Origin: a virus
Virus record (IMG/VR): IMGVR_UViG_3300025640_000009
Coordinates: 2,453-66,452 of that record
Direction: 5' to 3' (one strand)
Length of the DNA: 64,000 nt
The notes below the pieces were generated by a model that saw nothing but the letters and a program-made list of their open reading frames with translations, was not told where the DNA came from and ran no database searches. Within the stretch, counting starts at the first letter, position 1. The number at the start of each line of letters is the position of its first letter. Made by a program: the position numbers and the translations under genes. Below are positions 21,565 to 31,165 of this stretch, in pieces.

Positions 21565-21861
21565 CTATCCGCCTGCAATAACATTTGATGAACCTTGGCC
21601 CGATGCATTTGGAACCCAACTACCATGACCACCGGTAGCATCACCTATTCGATGAACTGGTTTACCGTTAACAAAAACTGTACTTGATCCTGCCGTTGCT
21701 GGATCTCCGCATCCAGTAGAATCTTGATTAGCTCGTATTACATTTTTACCATTAACAAACACGTTAGAAGAACCACCAGCATAACTAGTTTTATGAAATG
21801 GATTAGGCGTAGGACTAGCATGCCCTATATGACCATCTCCCAATCTTGTGACTCCTGGCAT
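21565..21861 (-). CDS. PAAR-domain spike tip protein (gp5.4-like)
   Basis: TRLGD, GSSNVFVNGK and GSSTVFVNGKPVHRIGD repeats. Confidence 0.92.
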   Translation of the reverse strand: MPGVTRLGDGHIGHASPTPNPFHKTSYAGGSSNVFVNGKNVIRANQDSTGCGDPATAGSSTVFVNGKPVHRIGDATGGHGSWVPNASGQGSSNVIAGG

Positions 21862-21870
21862 ATTGACTCC

Positions 21871-23175
21871 TTAGTTCAGATTAATCGTTGATGCATCCAT
21901 ATCAATTCCACTACCACCATTGATATCCATTGACGCTGCTGTTGTTGTTTGTGAACCAGTAATATCTGTTACTTGAGTACCAGTAACACCAATCAATTGA
22001 GCACCATCAATAGTTAATGCAAAGTTATTTAACGATGTATGACTGAATTTCTCAGCATTAAATAAGTTTAAATTTGCAAGTGATGTTATCCCACAGTTAC
22101 CTGTTACCGTGTGTGACGAGTTGCCGCCTACTGTAACAAGTTTGTCTGCAATTATATTTGATGTAGAGTTATTCATCACTGTTAAACTATCATCAGTACC
22201 AATATTTGTACTACGACCAAGTACAACCTCAGTCTCATGGTTAGCACCAATCTTTTGTTGCAACGAACCCTTGATATCCATTGTCATATCTTTTTCTACT
22301 TCAAGGTGATAGTTACCATAGACTAATTGTCTTAAATTTCCATCAATAGTCATATTACAATTACCACGAATATGAACATTTTTATTTGATACAACTACTT
22401 CGTAGTCTTCACCTGTTATTTTTATTGACCTTGTACCATCTGCGTATATCTCTTCATATGTACCTGAAGTATGTGATCGATGAGTACGTTCAAATCCAGG
22501 AGTACAATCAACTTCTGCTACGTGACCACACTCTGATTCATTTACTTTATTATATGGATAATCTGGTACGTGTGCACCACCAACTCTATCATCACCTAAT
22601 GGAGGCATTACTTCAAATGGTGATTCAGTATAATATGATTCAGCTTTATCTGTCGCAACAGTCGTGACCTTAGGTGGTGACGCAGTTTGTATTGAAGTAA
22701 CTGCTGCTGATCCTAATTCTCTTTGTTGTAATGCATTACTTGTTGTATATTTAGTTTGCCTTGCTGCGTAATTAACGTCTGACTCTTCAGCATAATCACC
22801 AGTAGGATAATTGGCACCAGTGAATCCAAGATCTTTAGAACGTGGACTATTCTTAGATGCAACCGATCCCATAATAATAGGGTCTTGAGCAGATGGTCCG
22901 TCTCTAAAGAATCCAACAACCCAGGAACCTTCCATCAATCCATGAGGCGTATCACCAACCCCTGAAGTACCAGAAGCTGTAGTAGGCATCATGACTGTAG
23001 CCCATGGTAGATCTTCAGTATCGATAGCACTTTTATCTTCAGTATGGTAACCAAAACAACGAACACGAACTCTATTTAATTCTTCAGGATCAAATCGATC
23101 TTCGACCACTCCCGTGAACCAAGTAAAGCTACCACCGATAAAGCTATCACTATTTCTATTCATATTAATTACCAA
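21871..23175 (-). CDS. gp5: Baseplate central spike gp5 without a lysozyme domain
   Basis: OB-fold WFTGVVEDRFDP..LNRVRVRCFGYH..LPWA, GSWVVGFFRDG, YPYNKV.ESECGH and a beta-helix C-terminus. Confidence 0.92.
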   Translation of the reverse strand: MVINMNRNSDSFIGGSFTWFTGVVEDRFDPEELNRVRVRCFGYHTEDKSAIDTEDLPWATVMMPTTASGTSGVGDTPHGLMEGSWVVGFFRDGPSAQDPIIMGSVASKNSPRSKDLGFTGANYPTGDYAEESDVNYAARQTKYTTSNALQQRELGSAAVTSIQTASPPKVTTVATDKAESYYTESPFEVMPPLGDDRVGGAHVPDYPYNKVNESECGHVAEVDCTPGFERTHRSHTSGTYEEIYADGTRSIKITGEDYEVVVSNKNVHIRGNCNMTIDGNLRQLVYGNYHLEVEKDMTMDIKGSLQQKIGANHETEVVLGRSTNIGTDDSLTVMNNSTSNIIADKLVTVGGNSSHTVTGNCGITSLANLNLFNAEKFSHTSLNNFALTIDGAQLIGVTGTQVTDITGSQTTTAASMDINGGSGIDMDASTINLN

Positions 23176-24493
23176 TTGTTATTTTTGAATCTAAATCATA
23201 TAGTAAACTATCTTTCTGTAAACCGATATCACATTTATATTCATTGCCATCGAACACATGAGCAATAGATGATACAACATATTTCCCAGAAAGAAGTTTA
23301 TCTTTCATTGCGTCTCTACCTTCAGCCTTTAGTATATTTACATCAGTACTCTTTGGTATGGTTAGTTCGATAATTTTACCAGGACTTAAATCAAAGTCTC
23401 CGTATATAACTATATCTAATCCCATAAACTTTAAGTTTTGAAAATATGAATTTTTCTTTGTAAGATTATCTTTAATCGTACCATGATAATTAACTTCAGT
23501 TCCAAATGAATTAGCATTAGTAGATATAAAAAATTCTTTTGAAGCATAATTTTCACTTACAATAGAATCATCAAACGATATTTTATTTGAAAGAGAATTA
23601 TGTTTATTCAATTGCATCAGTTCATTATTAGAACGATTAAATTTTGATGTTATATATTCTTTATTGGATATATCTATACAGTATGTAGATGCAGCATAAG
23701 CACCGTTACTTATCTGTTGATACTTAGACATGTCTAATTCAGAATTCATTTCAAGTATCTTTTTAGAAGCTTCATCAAAGTATTCTGGTGTGTCAACCTC
23801 ATTTACATAATATGGTGTGTTATTATATGTCTTATACACTTCAGTTTCAAGTAACTCTTTATATGAATTAAACTGCAATCCATCATTAATTGTTTCATAG
23901 AAAAAAAATGGTGTTGATTCATCAGATGAATTTCTAAGTAACCATGTGACTGCTTGCAACGGGTTTAAATTAGGATATATACCTTTAATCGATGCAAGGT
24001 TTTTATTAGAGAAATCTACAGACTTTACACCTAAATCATTTTTACATATGTCTCTTATAAGCGCATTAATATTACCAGTAAAAGACCGATTAAGTTTTTT
24101 CATTCGATCAATAAAGGCATGTGAACTTAAGCATATAAGCTTATAATACTGTATACTTGCTTTAGGCTTAGAATGATCTAAGATTTCTGCGATATACACT
24201 TCAAGATCAAATATTTTTTCACTAGTAGTTTTACTATTATCTTTCCTTCGAATTTTTATTTTTACTTTCTCACCACCAGACATATGCGATTTTTGAAACA
24301 AATCAAAACCGTCGACAACTTTAAGATCAACTTGTATTGATTGGTTAAACAAACTTTCGTTTATAATGACTTCAGAGACAAGAGTCTTTATGTCTATAGT
24401 AGAACCATCATTCATTATAAGCTTTAAGCTATGAATCTCATATGAAGCTGGAGATGATGCTTTAGTACTCGATGTTTTCGAAGATCTAGGCAT
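23165..24493 (-). CDS. Putative baseplate hub protein (gp27-like position)
   Basis: Between gp53 and gp5; FFFYETINDG.QF.S and LSGKYVVSSIAH motifs typical of hub proteins. Confidence 0.6.
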   Translation of the reverse strand: MPRSSKTSSTKASSPASYEIHSLKLIMNDGSTIDIKTLVSEVIINESLFNQSIQVDLKVVDGFDLFQKSHMSGGEKVKIKIRRKDNSKTTSEKIFDLEVYIAEILDHSKPKASIQYYKLICLSSHAFIDRMKKLNRSFTGNINALIRDICKNDLGVKSVDFSNKNLASIKGIYPNLNPLQAVTWLLRNSSDESTPFFFYETINDGLQFNSYKELLETEVYKTYNNTPYYVNEVDTPEYFDEASKKILEMNSELDMSKYQQISNGAYAASTYCIDISNKEYITSKFNRSNNELMQLNKHNSLSNKISFDDSIVSENYASKEFFISTNANSFGTEVNYHGTIKDNLTKKNSYFQNLKFMGLDIVIYGDFDLSPGKIIELTIPKSTDVNILKAEGRDAMKDKLLSGKYVVSSIAHVFDGNEYKCDIGLQKDSLLYDLDSKITIGN

Positions 24494-25559
24494 TGATTAA
24501 ATTCTCAAATTCTTCAACAAATTCAGTAATTGAATTCGGATTAATTACTCGGATATAAGAGTGTTTTTCGTTCTGGGCAATGATATGTTCACGATTAGAT
24601 TGAAATACAATTTGACCGGGTGAATCATCAGCTGTTATCTGATAACCTCCACTATAAATCAAAGGCTTTACTGATGATGTGTTAGTATGTATAACCAGAT
24701 CATCATTAGATAGCTGTGTTTGGTTTAATAAGGTTGGATCATATGGTGGATTTGTTAACTGCCCTTGTAAGTCAGAACTCCATTGTACTTCAGAATATAC
24801 TGGAGTTATTTGACTAGCTTGTGTTGATATACCTGTTGGTGAAGTGACAGCTCTCTTTTCGATATCACCATCGATATAATAAAACGATGGAGCCTCAGCA
24901 TAATCATATATGATATCAGGAGATAACGAATTAAAGTCATCAGTAGAAAGCTCTACTTTAATACCAACTTCATCGGTATATACCGATTGTATATATTCTT
25001 TTTCCTGAAACGCTCCACCATCTATAGATGTATCAGTCTGCCCAGTCTGTGGATTTTTTCCTTCGACACCATTAACAATATTTTCTACTACAATTAAGTT
25101 TAAATCAATATCTTTTCTTTTTATTCTGCCGATAGCACCAGATTTAATACCATACACTAAAGCACCTAACTCTAATTTACCTGCAATTGAATTACTAGTA
25201 TACTGCTCACCATTTGCTTCTAATACCGCTCCAGGAGTAAAAATCATTGCTTTACCAGAATAATGTTTTGTCATATATTCTTGTAATGCCAGTTCAGACA
25301 TAGGCCAAGTCTGTAACCCATCATGTAGGAAATCATTAATAATAAAAAATGTCCAGTAATAATCTGGAGTACCGTATAGTTTTTCTGATATAATATCTGG
25401 TCTCATACCATCTTGAATAACATAATTTTTATATAGAGTACTTCTATTTAATAATGTTGTTCTCGATCTAACAGATCTAAATATATTAACCATTTGTTGA
25501 ATAGTACCACTACGATTAAAGTCATACGATACCTTTGGAAATTGACTAAAAAATGACAT
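24486..25559 (-). CDS. gp53: Baseplate wedge subunit gp53
   Basis: MSFFSQFPKVSY, RPDIISEKLYGTPDYYWTFFIIN and WPMS. Confidence 0.9.
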   Translation of the reverse strand: MSFFSQFPKVSYDFNRSGTIQQMVNIFRSVRSRTTLLNRSTLYKNYVIQDGMRPDIISEKLYGTPDYYWTFFIINDFLHDGLQTWPMSELALQEYMTKHYSGKAMIFTPGAVLEANGEQYTSNSIAGKLELGALVYGIKSGAIGRIKRKDIDLNLIVVENIVNGVEGKNPQTGQTDTSIDGGAFQEKEYIQSVYTDEVGIKVELSTDDFNSLSPDIIYDYAEAPSFYYIDGDIEKRAVTSPTGISTQASQITPVYSEVQWSSDLQGQLTNPPYDPTLLNQTQLSNDDLVIHTNTSSVKPLIYSGGYQITADDSPGQIVFQSNREHIIAQNEKHSYIRVINPNSITEFVEEFENLINA

Positions 25560-25570
25560 TACATATACTC

Positions 25571-26371
25571 CTAAAATATATCTCTAATAGATGAAATTTT
25601 ATCTTTAATTTTTTGTTCAATAGAATCAAGACCAAATGAGGCATCGTTTGTTTGATTATTGATAGCGTTTCCATTAGGATATAACACTTCTCTAGTAAGA
25701 GCTTTCGTCTCAGTGAACGTTAATGTAACATCTATTTCAGACGGAGAACCATCAGCATGATACATATTAGACGATGCATTATATACAGTATTCATACTCG
25801 CTAAATATGATTCCATGATCTGTGGCATGTAAATGTTTTCTTTACCACCATGGTAGAATTTAATATTAAACGTTGGAGGGTATTCTAAATATAATCTATT
25901 CTTCACTTCAGGATATAAAGCTGCTCTAAACATATTTTCTATTAACAAAGCAGACTGTGCTTCTTTTTGTGATTCTGCAACAAGTTTAAATGTAAAATTA
26001 AATGTCCTAACAGAAACGTTATCAAACTGTAGTACGGTATTAGGGTTAAGCGCTTCACCGGCTTTTATCTTTTGTTGAGTAAATACCGTGGCTGCTCCAA
26101 CTTCATTTAATATTTTACCTACAGCTTCTGTGGCTACTGCTTCTTTTTCACCTTTAGACAATGCTCCACCAGCACCACTTCCAACTAGCCCTAGATCAAC
26201 CGAACCATAAGATGCAGAATCTGGTACAGAAAAGCCTTGTGGCAAATATAAATATATTGCAGCGTTTTCTGGCAATGCTCTTTTAACAAATTCGAAAGAA
26301 ACAAATGGAAAGCCAGTTCCTATATTTGCTTTTTCTCTTAAAGCTTCTGGAAAGACATAAATTTTAGACAT
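25571..26371 (-). CDS. gp48: Baseplate tail-tube cap gp48-like
   Basis: IYLYLP, NPNTVLQF..V.VRTFNFTFKL...SQKEA and YPPTFNIKF. Confidence 0.8.
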   Translation of the reverse strand: MSKIYVFPEALREKANIGTGFPFVSFEFVKRALPENAAIYLYLPQGFSVPDSASYGSVDLGLVGSGAGGALSKGEKEAVATEAVGKILNEVGAATVFTQQKIKAGEALNPNTVLQFDNVSVRTFNFTFKLVAESQKEAQSALLIENMFRAALYPEVKNRLYLEYPPTFNIKFYHGGKENIYMPQIMESYLASMNTVYNASSNMYHADGSPSEIDVTLTFTETKALTREVLYPNGNAINNQTNDASFGLDSIEQKIKDKISSIRDIF

Positions 26372-26382
26372 AGAATTTACCC

Positions 26383-26423
26383 TATAAATAATACATACAT
26401 TAACTACTATACCTTTATTTATA
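26383..26423. promoter_or_regulatory. Face-to-face pair of late promoters: + TATAAATA at 26383-26390 (gp4) and - TATAAATA at 26416-26423 (gp48 operon)
   Basis: Exact consensus on each strand in the intergenic strand switch. Confidence 0.8.
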
Positions 26424-26941
26424 TGGCTTATTCAGGCAAATACAAAATAAAAAAACCAGAGAAGTATGTCGGAGATCCGTCTAAAATAACATACAGATCA
26501 TTATGGGAGAAGTCTTGCTTTAAATGGTGCGAAGCTAATTCACAAGTTATTGCTTGGAATTCGGAAGAGGTGGTTGTACCATATAGATGGAAGGTTGATA
26601 AGAAGATGCATAGGTATTATGTTGATCTACTCATTAAGATGGAATCGGGTCATGTCATACTTGTTGAGATCAAGCCAGACAAAGAAACTAAACCACCTAA
26701 ACAACCATCAAGACAGACAAAGAAGTACATCACTGAAGTCACAACATATATAAAGAATACTGATAAATGGGAAGCTGCTAGGGATTATGCAGAAGATCGT
26801 GGTTGGACCTTTGAGATATGGACTGAACATACATTAAAGGCTAAGGGTATTAAAATAGTTGGAGCTCCTATTAAGAAAAAGAAGTCAACAACTAAAAAGA
26901 AGACTCCTGTTAAAAAGAAATCAACCATTAAGAAAAAATAG
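26423..26941 (+). CDS. gp4: Head completion nuclease gp4, with a Lys-rich tail
   Basis: MAYSGKY...PEKYVGDP..ITYRSLWE, WNSEEVVVPY, HRYYVD, EIKP and KWEAA. Confidence 0.93.
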   Translation: MAYSGKYKIKKPEKYVGDPSKITYRSLWEKSCFKWCEANSQVIAWNSEEVVVPYRWKVDKKMHRYYVDLLIKMESGHVILVEIKPDKETKPPKQPSRQTKKYITEVTTYIKNTDKWEAARDYAEDRGWTFEIWTEHTLKAKGIKIVGAPIKKKKSTTKKKTPVKKKSTIKKK

Positions 26942-26971
26942 TATACCTCTGCCTCACCGGGTAACTATATT

Positions 26972-27000
26972 ATTATAACATACTTTCACTCAAATGTAAA
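26972..27000 (-). promoter_or_regulatory. Sigma70-type early promoter antisense to gp4
   Basis: TTTACA (27000-26995), 17-nt spacer, TATAAT (26977-26972); same consensus as the other early promoters. Confidence 0.7.
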
Positions 27001-27011
27001 GGACTAATTGA

Positions 27012-27019
27012 TATAAATA
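27012..27019 (+). promoter_or_regulatory. Late promoter TATAAATA for the gp2 operon
   Basis: Exact consensus 5 nt before the gp2 ATG. Confidence 0.8.
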
Positions 27020-27024
27020 AAGAT

Positions 27025-27612
27025 ATGGCAAGTCTATTTGATACACTACAAGCAAACGCTCAAAGAGCTGGAATCCAAGCAAGGACTAAACAGTCTAAGA
27101 ATTGGTTCCGTAAAAAGGTTAATGAACTAGGTGATGTGAATCCTCGTAAACTTTTAAAGGATGACGCATTAGATCCATCATCGAAAGAGATCTCTGGTAG
27201 CATGTACATGTACTTCTATGATCCTAAGCATAAGAAGACATTACCATACTATGATAAGTTTCCTATGGTCATAGTAGTTGAACCAGCTCCTGGTGGATTC
27301 TATGGTTTGAATCTACATTACTTGGCACCAGGAGTAAGAGCTAGATTCTTAGACGAGTTAATGAAGACTGCACCTAAAAACGTAACAGATAAGAGTCGAT
27401 TAAAATTACGATATGATTTACTACAATCGACTAAAAAGTTTAAAGAATTTCAACCTTGCTTTAAGCATTATTTAAATAGTCAAGTGAAAGGTCAACCAGT
27501 AAGAGTTCCTATGAGTGAATGGGAAATAGCAATATTCTTACCAGTAGAACAATTTGCTAAAGTTAAAAAAGAAACTGTTTGGAGATATTCTCGCAAACAA
27601 TACAATGGATAA
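27025..27612 (+). CDS. gp2: DNA end protector protein gp2
   Basis: MYMYFYDPKHKKTLPYYDKFP, GFYGLNLHYL and PCFKHYL. Confidence 0.93.
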   Translation: MASLFDTLQANAQRAGIQARTKQSKNWFRKKVNELGDVNPRKLLKDDALDPSSKEISGSMYMYFYDPKHKKTLPYYDKFPMVIVVEPAPGGFYGLNLHYLAPGVRARFLDELMKTAPKNVTDKSRLKLRYDLLQSTKKFKEFQPCFKHYLNSQVKGQPVRVPMSEWEIAIFLPVEQFAKVKKETVWRYSRKQYNG

Positions 27613-27617
27613 GATAT

Positions 27618-28316
27618 ATGTCAATTGATAACTTAAAATCTATAGTTGGTAAAAGAGGTGGCTTAGCAAAGACTAATCGCTTTCTTACGATCTTTACTCC
27701 GCCATCACAGAGTCTTTTAAACTTAGATCCATTTGATATCATTGGTCGTTTATTAGATGGCAGCTCATTTAATGCAAAGAGTCTTATATCAGATCCTAGA
27801 GATATTGCATTCTTATGTGAGTCGACTCAGATGCCTGGTCGTAGTTTTAATACATTGGATATATCAGCTGAAAGAGAAACTTTAAAGATACCTAATGGTT
27901 TTATTGATGACGACGTTACAATGACCTTCTATCTTACGAATGATTATTATATGAAAGATATGTTCGAAACATGGATGTCATCAATTGTAGATACAGAAAA
28001 TTATCAATTAGGATATAAAGCAAATTATCAAACAGATATCGTTATTCAGCAACTAAATGATTTCGATAAAAATGTATACGGAATAAGATTATTAAATGCT
28101 TATCCAATTAGTATAGCAGCAATTGAATTAAATAACTCATCAGAGAATTCATTGCAAAAAATAAGTGTAACATTTGCTTATGATCGATATATACCAGAGA
28201 ATTTTGTACAGTCGAAAATATCACAAGCAATATCAGCAATACCAAATTTACCATTTGACATTAAATTACCAAGTAAATTAACAAGTGGATTAGAAACATT
28301 TAGATCATTATTTTAA
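27618..28316 (+). CDS. Tail-tube initiator gp54 / gp19-like protein
   Basis: GGLAKTNRF, LCESTQMPG and YPISI..IEL......LQKISVTFAY. The ATG at 27618 is preferred over the track start at 27579. Confidence 0.75.
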   Translation: MSIDNLKSIVGKRGGLAKTNRFLTIFTPPSQSLLNLDPFDIIGRLLDGSSFNAKSLISDPRDIAFLCESTQMPGRSFNTLDISAERETLKIPNGFIDDDVTMTFYLTNDYYMKDMFETWMSSIVDTENYQLGYKANYQTDIVIQQLNDFDKNVYGIRLLNAYPISIAAIELNNSSENSLQKISVTFAYDRYIPENFVQSKISQAISAIPNLPFDIKLPSKLTSGLETFRSLF

Positions 28317-28333
28317 TATTATAGGAGTTTATT

Positions 28334-29041
28334 ATGGCGTTACCAGTATTGAATGCTGCGAAGTATAAGACAATTGTACCATCACTAGGAAAGGAAGTAG
28401 AGTATAGACCTTACTTAGTAAAAGAAGAAAAGATCTTAATGATTGCAATGGAATCACAAGATCAACAACAAATTTTAGGAGCTATTAAAGACGTAATTAG
28501 TAGCTGTGTGTATGATGATCTAAATATCAATCAATTAACGATGTTTGATTTAGAAGCATTATTCTTAAAGCTTAGATCTAAATCGGTTGGTGAATCTACC
28601 GAAGTAAAAGCTAAGTGTGAAGAGTGCGATCATGAACATAAAGAATTGATTCGCTTTGACGATATTAAAACGCCAGTTATGGATAGTGGTAATACAACTA
28701 TTAAGTTAACGGCTGATGTCGGTTTAACACTATCGTATCCTAAGGTTGGAGATATTGGAAAACATCAATCGGATAAATTAGAATCACTTGCTGGTATTAT
28801 GGAAGTATTAATTGATTGTATTGAATCAATCTATGATGCTGATAATGTTTATCTAGCAAGTGATTCGAAAAGAGAAGAATTAAAGGATTTTATTGATTCA
28901 TTGAATAGTGATCAGTTTACTAAATTGACATCATACTTTGAAACTATCCCAGCACTTAAATATGAATTAGAATATAAGTGCGAAGAATGTGGTCATGATA
29001 ATAAAATTGTGTTAAGTGGCTTACAAAGTTTTTTTGGTTAA
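28334..29041 (+). CDS. gp26: Baseplate hub assembly chaperone gp26
   Basis: MALP, YRPYLVKEEKIL, LRSKSVGE, two CxxC motifs and the C-terminus GLQSFF. Confidence 0.92.
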   Translation: MALPVLNAAKYKTIVPSLGKEVEYRPYLVKEEKILMIAMESQDQQQILGAIKDVISSCVYDDLNINQLTMFDLEALFLKLRSKSVGESTEVKAKCEECDHEHKELIRFDDIKTPVMDSGNTTIKLTADVGLTLSYPKVGDIGKHQSDKLESLAGIMEVLIDCIESIYDADNVYLASDSKREELKDFIDSLNSDQFTKLTSYFETIPALKYELEYKCEECGHDNKIVLSGLQSFFG

Positions 29042-29088
29042 GCCTCTCTCACGATAGCTTATATAACCATTATAAGACAAACTTTGCG

Positions 29089-29226
29089 ATGATGCAGCAC
29101 CATGGATATAGTTTAACAGAGTTAGATAACATGGTGCCGTGGGAACGTGAGATCTATACTACATTATTACAGGAACATATTAAAGAAGAAAACGAACGAC
29201 TTAAGCAACAACAAAATAGGAAATAA
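29089..29226 (+). CDS. gp51: Baseplate hub assembly catalyst gp51 (not in the ORF track; frame open back to 29029)
   Basis: Translates as (SLSHDSLYNHYKTNFA)MMQHHGYSLTELDNMVPWEREIYTTLLQEHIKEENER, the gp51 signature. Confidence 0.85.
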   Translation: MMQHHGYSLTELDNMVPWEREIYTTLLQEHIKEENERLKQQQNRK

Positions 29227-29228
29227 TT

Positions 29229-29543
29229 ATGTCAGAAGATAAAGTATTCCACCCCGCAGATACTAACGGTGATGGTAAGGTATCTAGCGAAGAGGAAGCA
29301 ATGTATCTTGAGTTTAAACGAAAAGAACTCGAAGATGCAGATGCTATGCGTGATGCTCAACGCAACATGACATGGTTTGCTTTAGGTGGATTACTCTTAT
29401 ATCCCTTTGCTGTTGTCCTTGCATCTCTAGCAGGTCTAGACCAAGCTCAGGAAACACTGGGTGATATGGCACCAACATATTTTGTTGCTGTTGCCGGTAT
29501 CGTCGCTGCGTTCTTTGGTACACAAGCTCTTAAAAAGAAATAG
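29229..29543 (+). CDS. Two-TM membrane protein with an N-terminal EF-hand-like loop (holin-like)
   Basis: DTNGDGKVSSEE, two hydrophobic helices and a basic C-terminus. Confidence 0.6.
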   Translation: MSEDKVFHPADTNGDGKVSSEEEAMYLEFKRKELEDADAMRDAQRNMTWFALGGLLLYPFAVVLASLAGLDQAQETLGDMAPTYFVAVAGIVAAFFGTQALKKK

Positions 29544-29552
29544 GTATAAGTT

Positions 29553-31094
29553 ATGGCTAAGATGAAACCAGATCCAAAAAAGAAAAAGAAAGAATTTGAC
29601 CCCAGCAAATTGTCTGATAAGCAATTGGAATCAGGGTTTGGTGGAAAGGATGCTCAGGGTATTGCACAGCTCGCCGCTGCAATTAAAGAGCAGAATAAAG
29701 AACAGCAAAGTAAAAAAACTGATACTGAAAGAAATGACTTACTCAGTCAATTAGTAGCTGACACAGATCGTAAGGATAAGCTAGGTAAGACTAATGCATT
29801 ATCTATACAAAAATCTTTTGCAGAAACATCTGAAAGATTAAAAACTGCTATAGCTTCTGGTGATCAAAAACAAATTGACTTAGAAACAAAAAACCAAGAG
29901 AGTGTACTTACAAGTGCAGAACAAGAAAGAAAACGTAGGGAAGCTCAAAAGGCAAACAAAAAACAAAATAAGTTACTTGAAGGAATTAAAGGATCTATAG
30001 GTAACCTTGCTAGCAAATTTAAAGATAATGCCGGCTTCTTAGCAGGCCTAGCTGGTGTTGCATTAGCAATATTCAATCCGGTTAAACTACAAGAATATAT
30101 TGATCGTACTGTAGCGGTTATTATCGATGCGTTTGATATTGTTTCAAAACTATTCGAAGGTGACTTTAAAGGTGCATTAGAATTATTTAAAGAAAACTGG
30201 AAAGATATATCTCTTGCTTTAGGTTTAGTCGTAGCACTTAACTTTGGTAAGATCGTAAAGGTTATTGGTATAGTTAAAAATGGCATGATGGGTATTCAAG
30301 CTGCCATGGCTGCAGCTGGTATTGGATTAGGTCCTGCCATATTAATTGGCGCGGCCATAGCCCTAACGATTGCAGCTCTTGTAAAAACCTTTCAAAAAGT
30401 AAAAAGTGTATTCGATGAAACTGGATCTGCATTCGAAGCATTTAAAGCCGGCTTAGTTGAATTTCCTGCACAAATATTTGGTATTCCTTTTAATTTACTT
30501 AAAAAGGCAATGACATTTATGGCAGATCTCTTTGGATTAGAAACAAAATACGATCCTGATTTTGATTTTGTTGCGATGTTTAGAAATCTTTTTACGTCTA
30601 TACAAGACGGCATTATTGGTTTTGTTAATGGTGCTATTAAAATATTTAGTGATTTTAGTTTTACTGATCTATTTTCCACTATACAAGATAAGATGAATCA
30701 AGTATTTGATGATCTAGTTGAAAGATTTAGTCAATTAAAACTTATCATTAAAGCTTTTGGGGCTGGTGCATTTGCAGCTATTAAAGCCGCAGCACCTGGT
30801 GGAGAATCACCTAGTGAAGCTTATACTCGAGTGTATGCTGAAGTAATGTCAACCGGCAGTGCTACCGATAAGGTTGATAAGCTTGAAGTATCAGCTGATG
30901 ATCGTGGTGATGAGTTGGATATGTCTTCTATGAATAATAAGATGGAAGGACAATTCTTCAATCAAGCAGCTGCTCCAGTTACTATAACTAATGTTGATAA
31001 CTCAAGTAGATCTAATTCAAATACAAGTGTCGTTAGTGGTCGTTCTGGTCGTAAGAGAGGTTTTGGAACGAGTACTGAATTGGCTTATGGCTAA
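29553..31094 (+). CDS. Putative tape measure / baseplate hub protein (gp29-like)
   Basis: Helical, with central Ala/Gly-rich hydrophobic segments; follows gp26/gp51. Confidence 0.6.
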   Translation: MAKMKPDPKKKKKEFDPSKLSDKQLESGFGGKDAQGIAQLAAAIKEQNKEQQSKKTDTERNDLLSQLVADTDRKDKLGKTNALSIQKSFAETSERLKTAIASGDQKQIDLETKNQESVLTSAEQERKRREAQKANKKQNKLLEGIKGSIGNLASKFKDNAGFLAGLAGVALAIFNPVKLQEYIDRTVAVIIDAFDIVSKLFEGDFKGALELFKENWKDISLALGLVVALNFGKIVKVIGIVKNGMMGIQAAMAAAGIGLGPAILIGAAIALTIAALVKTFQKVKSVFDETGSAFEAFKAGLVEFPAQIFGIPFNLLKKAMTFMADLFGLETKYDPDFDFVAMFRNLFTSIQDGIIGFVNGAIKIFSDFSFTDLFSTIQDKMNQVFDDLVERFSQLKLIIKAFGAGAFAAIKAAAPGGESPSEAYTRVYAEVMSTGSATDKVDKLEVSADDRGDELDMSSMNNKMEGQFFNQAAAPVTITNVDNSSRSNSNTSVVSGRSGRKRGFGTSTELAYG

Positions 31095-31095
31095 T

Positions 31096-31123
31096 AAAAA
31101 AAAGGAGCCCCGAAGGACTCCTT
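31096..31123 (-). terminator. Rho-independent terminator with a UUCG tetraloop after gp32, between convergent genes
   Basis: Minus strand reads AAGGAGTCC-TTCG-GGGCTCCTT followed by a T-run. Confidence 0.9.
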
Positions 31124-31165
31124 AAGCGTGTTGCCTGGCGGTATACACCGCTCTTTATTATTATA

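Noticed and set aside
740-25000. Many plus-strand ORFs in the track (e.g. 2189-2734, 9587-10048, 16388-16723)
   Set aside because: They are antisense shadows of long minus-strand structural genes, with no RBS or recognisable motifs.
26785-26928. 47-aa hydrophobic antisense ORF downstream of the orphan promoter
   Set aside because: It is explained as the reverse complement of Lys codons in gp4, and its RBS spacing is poor.
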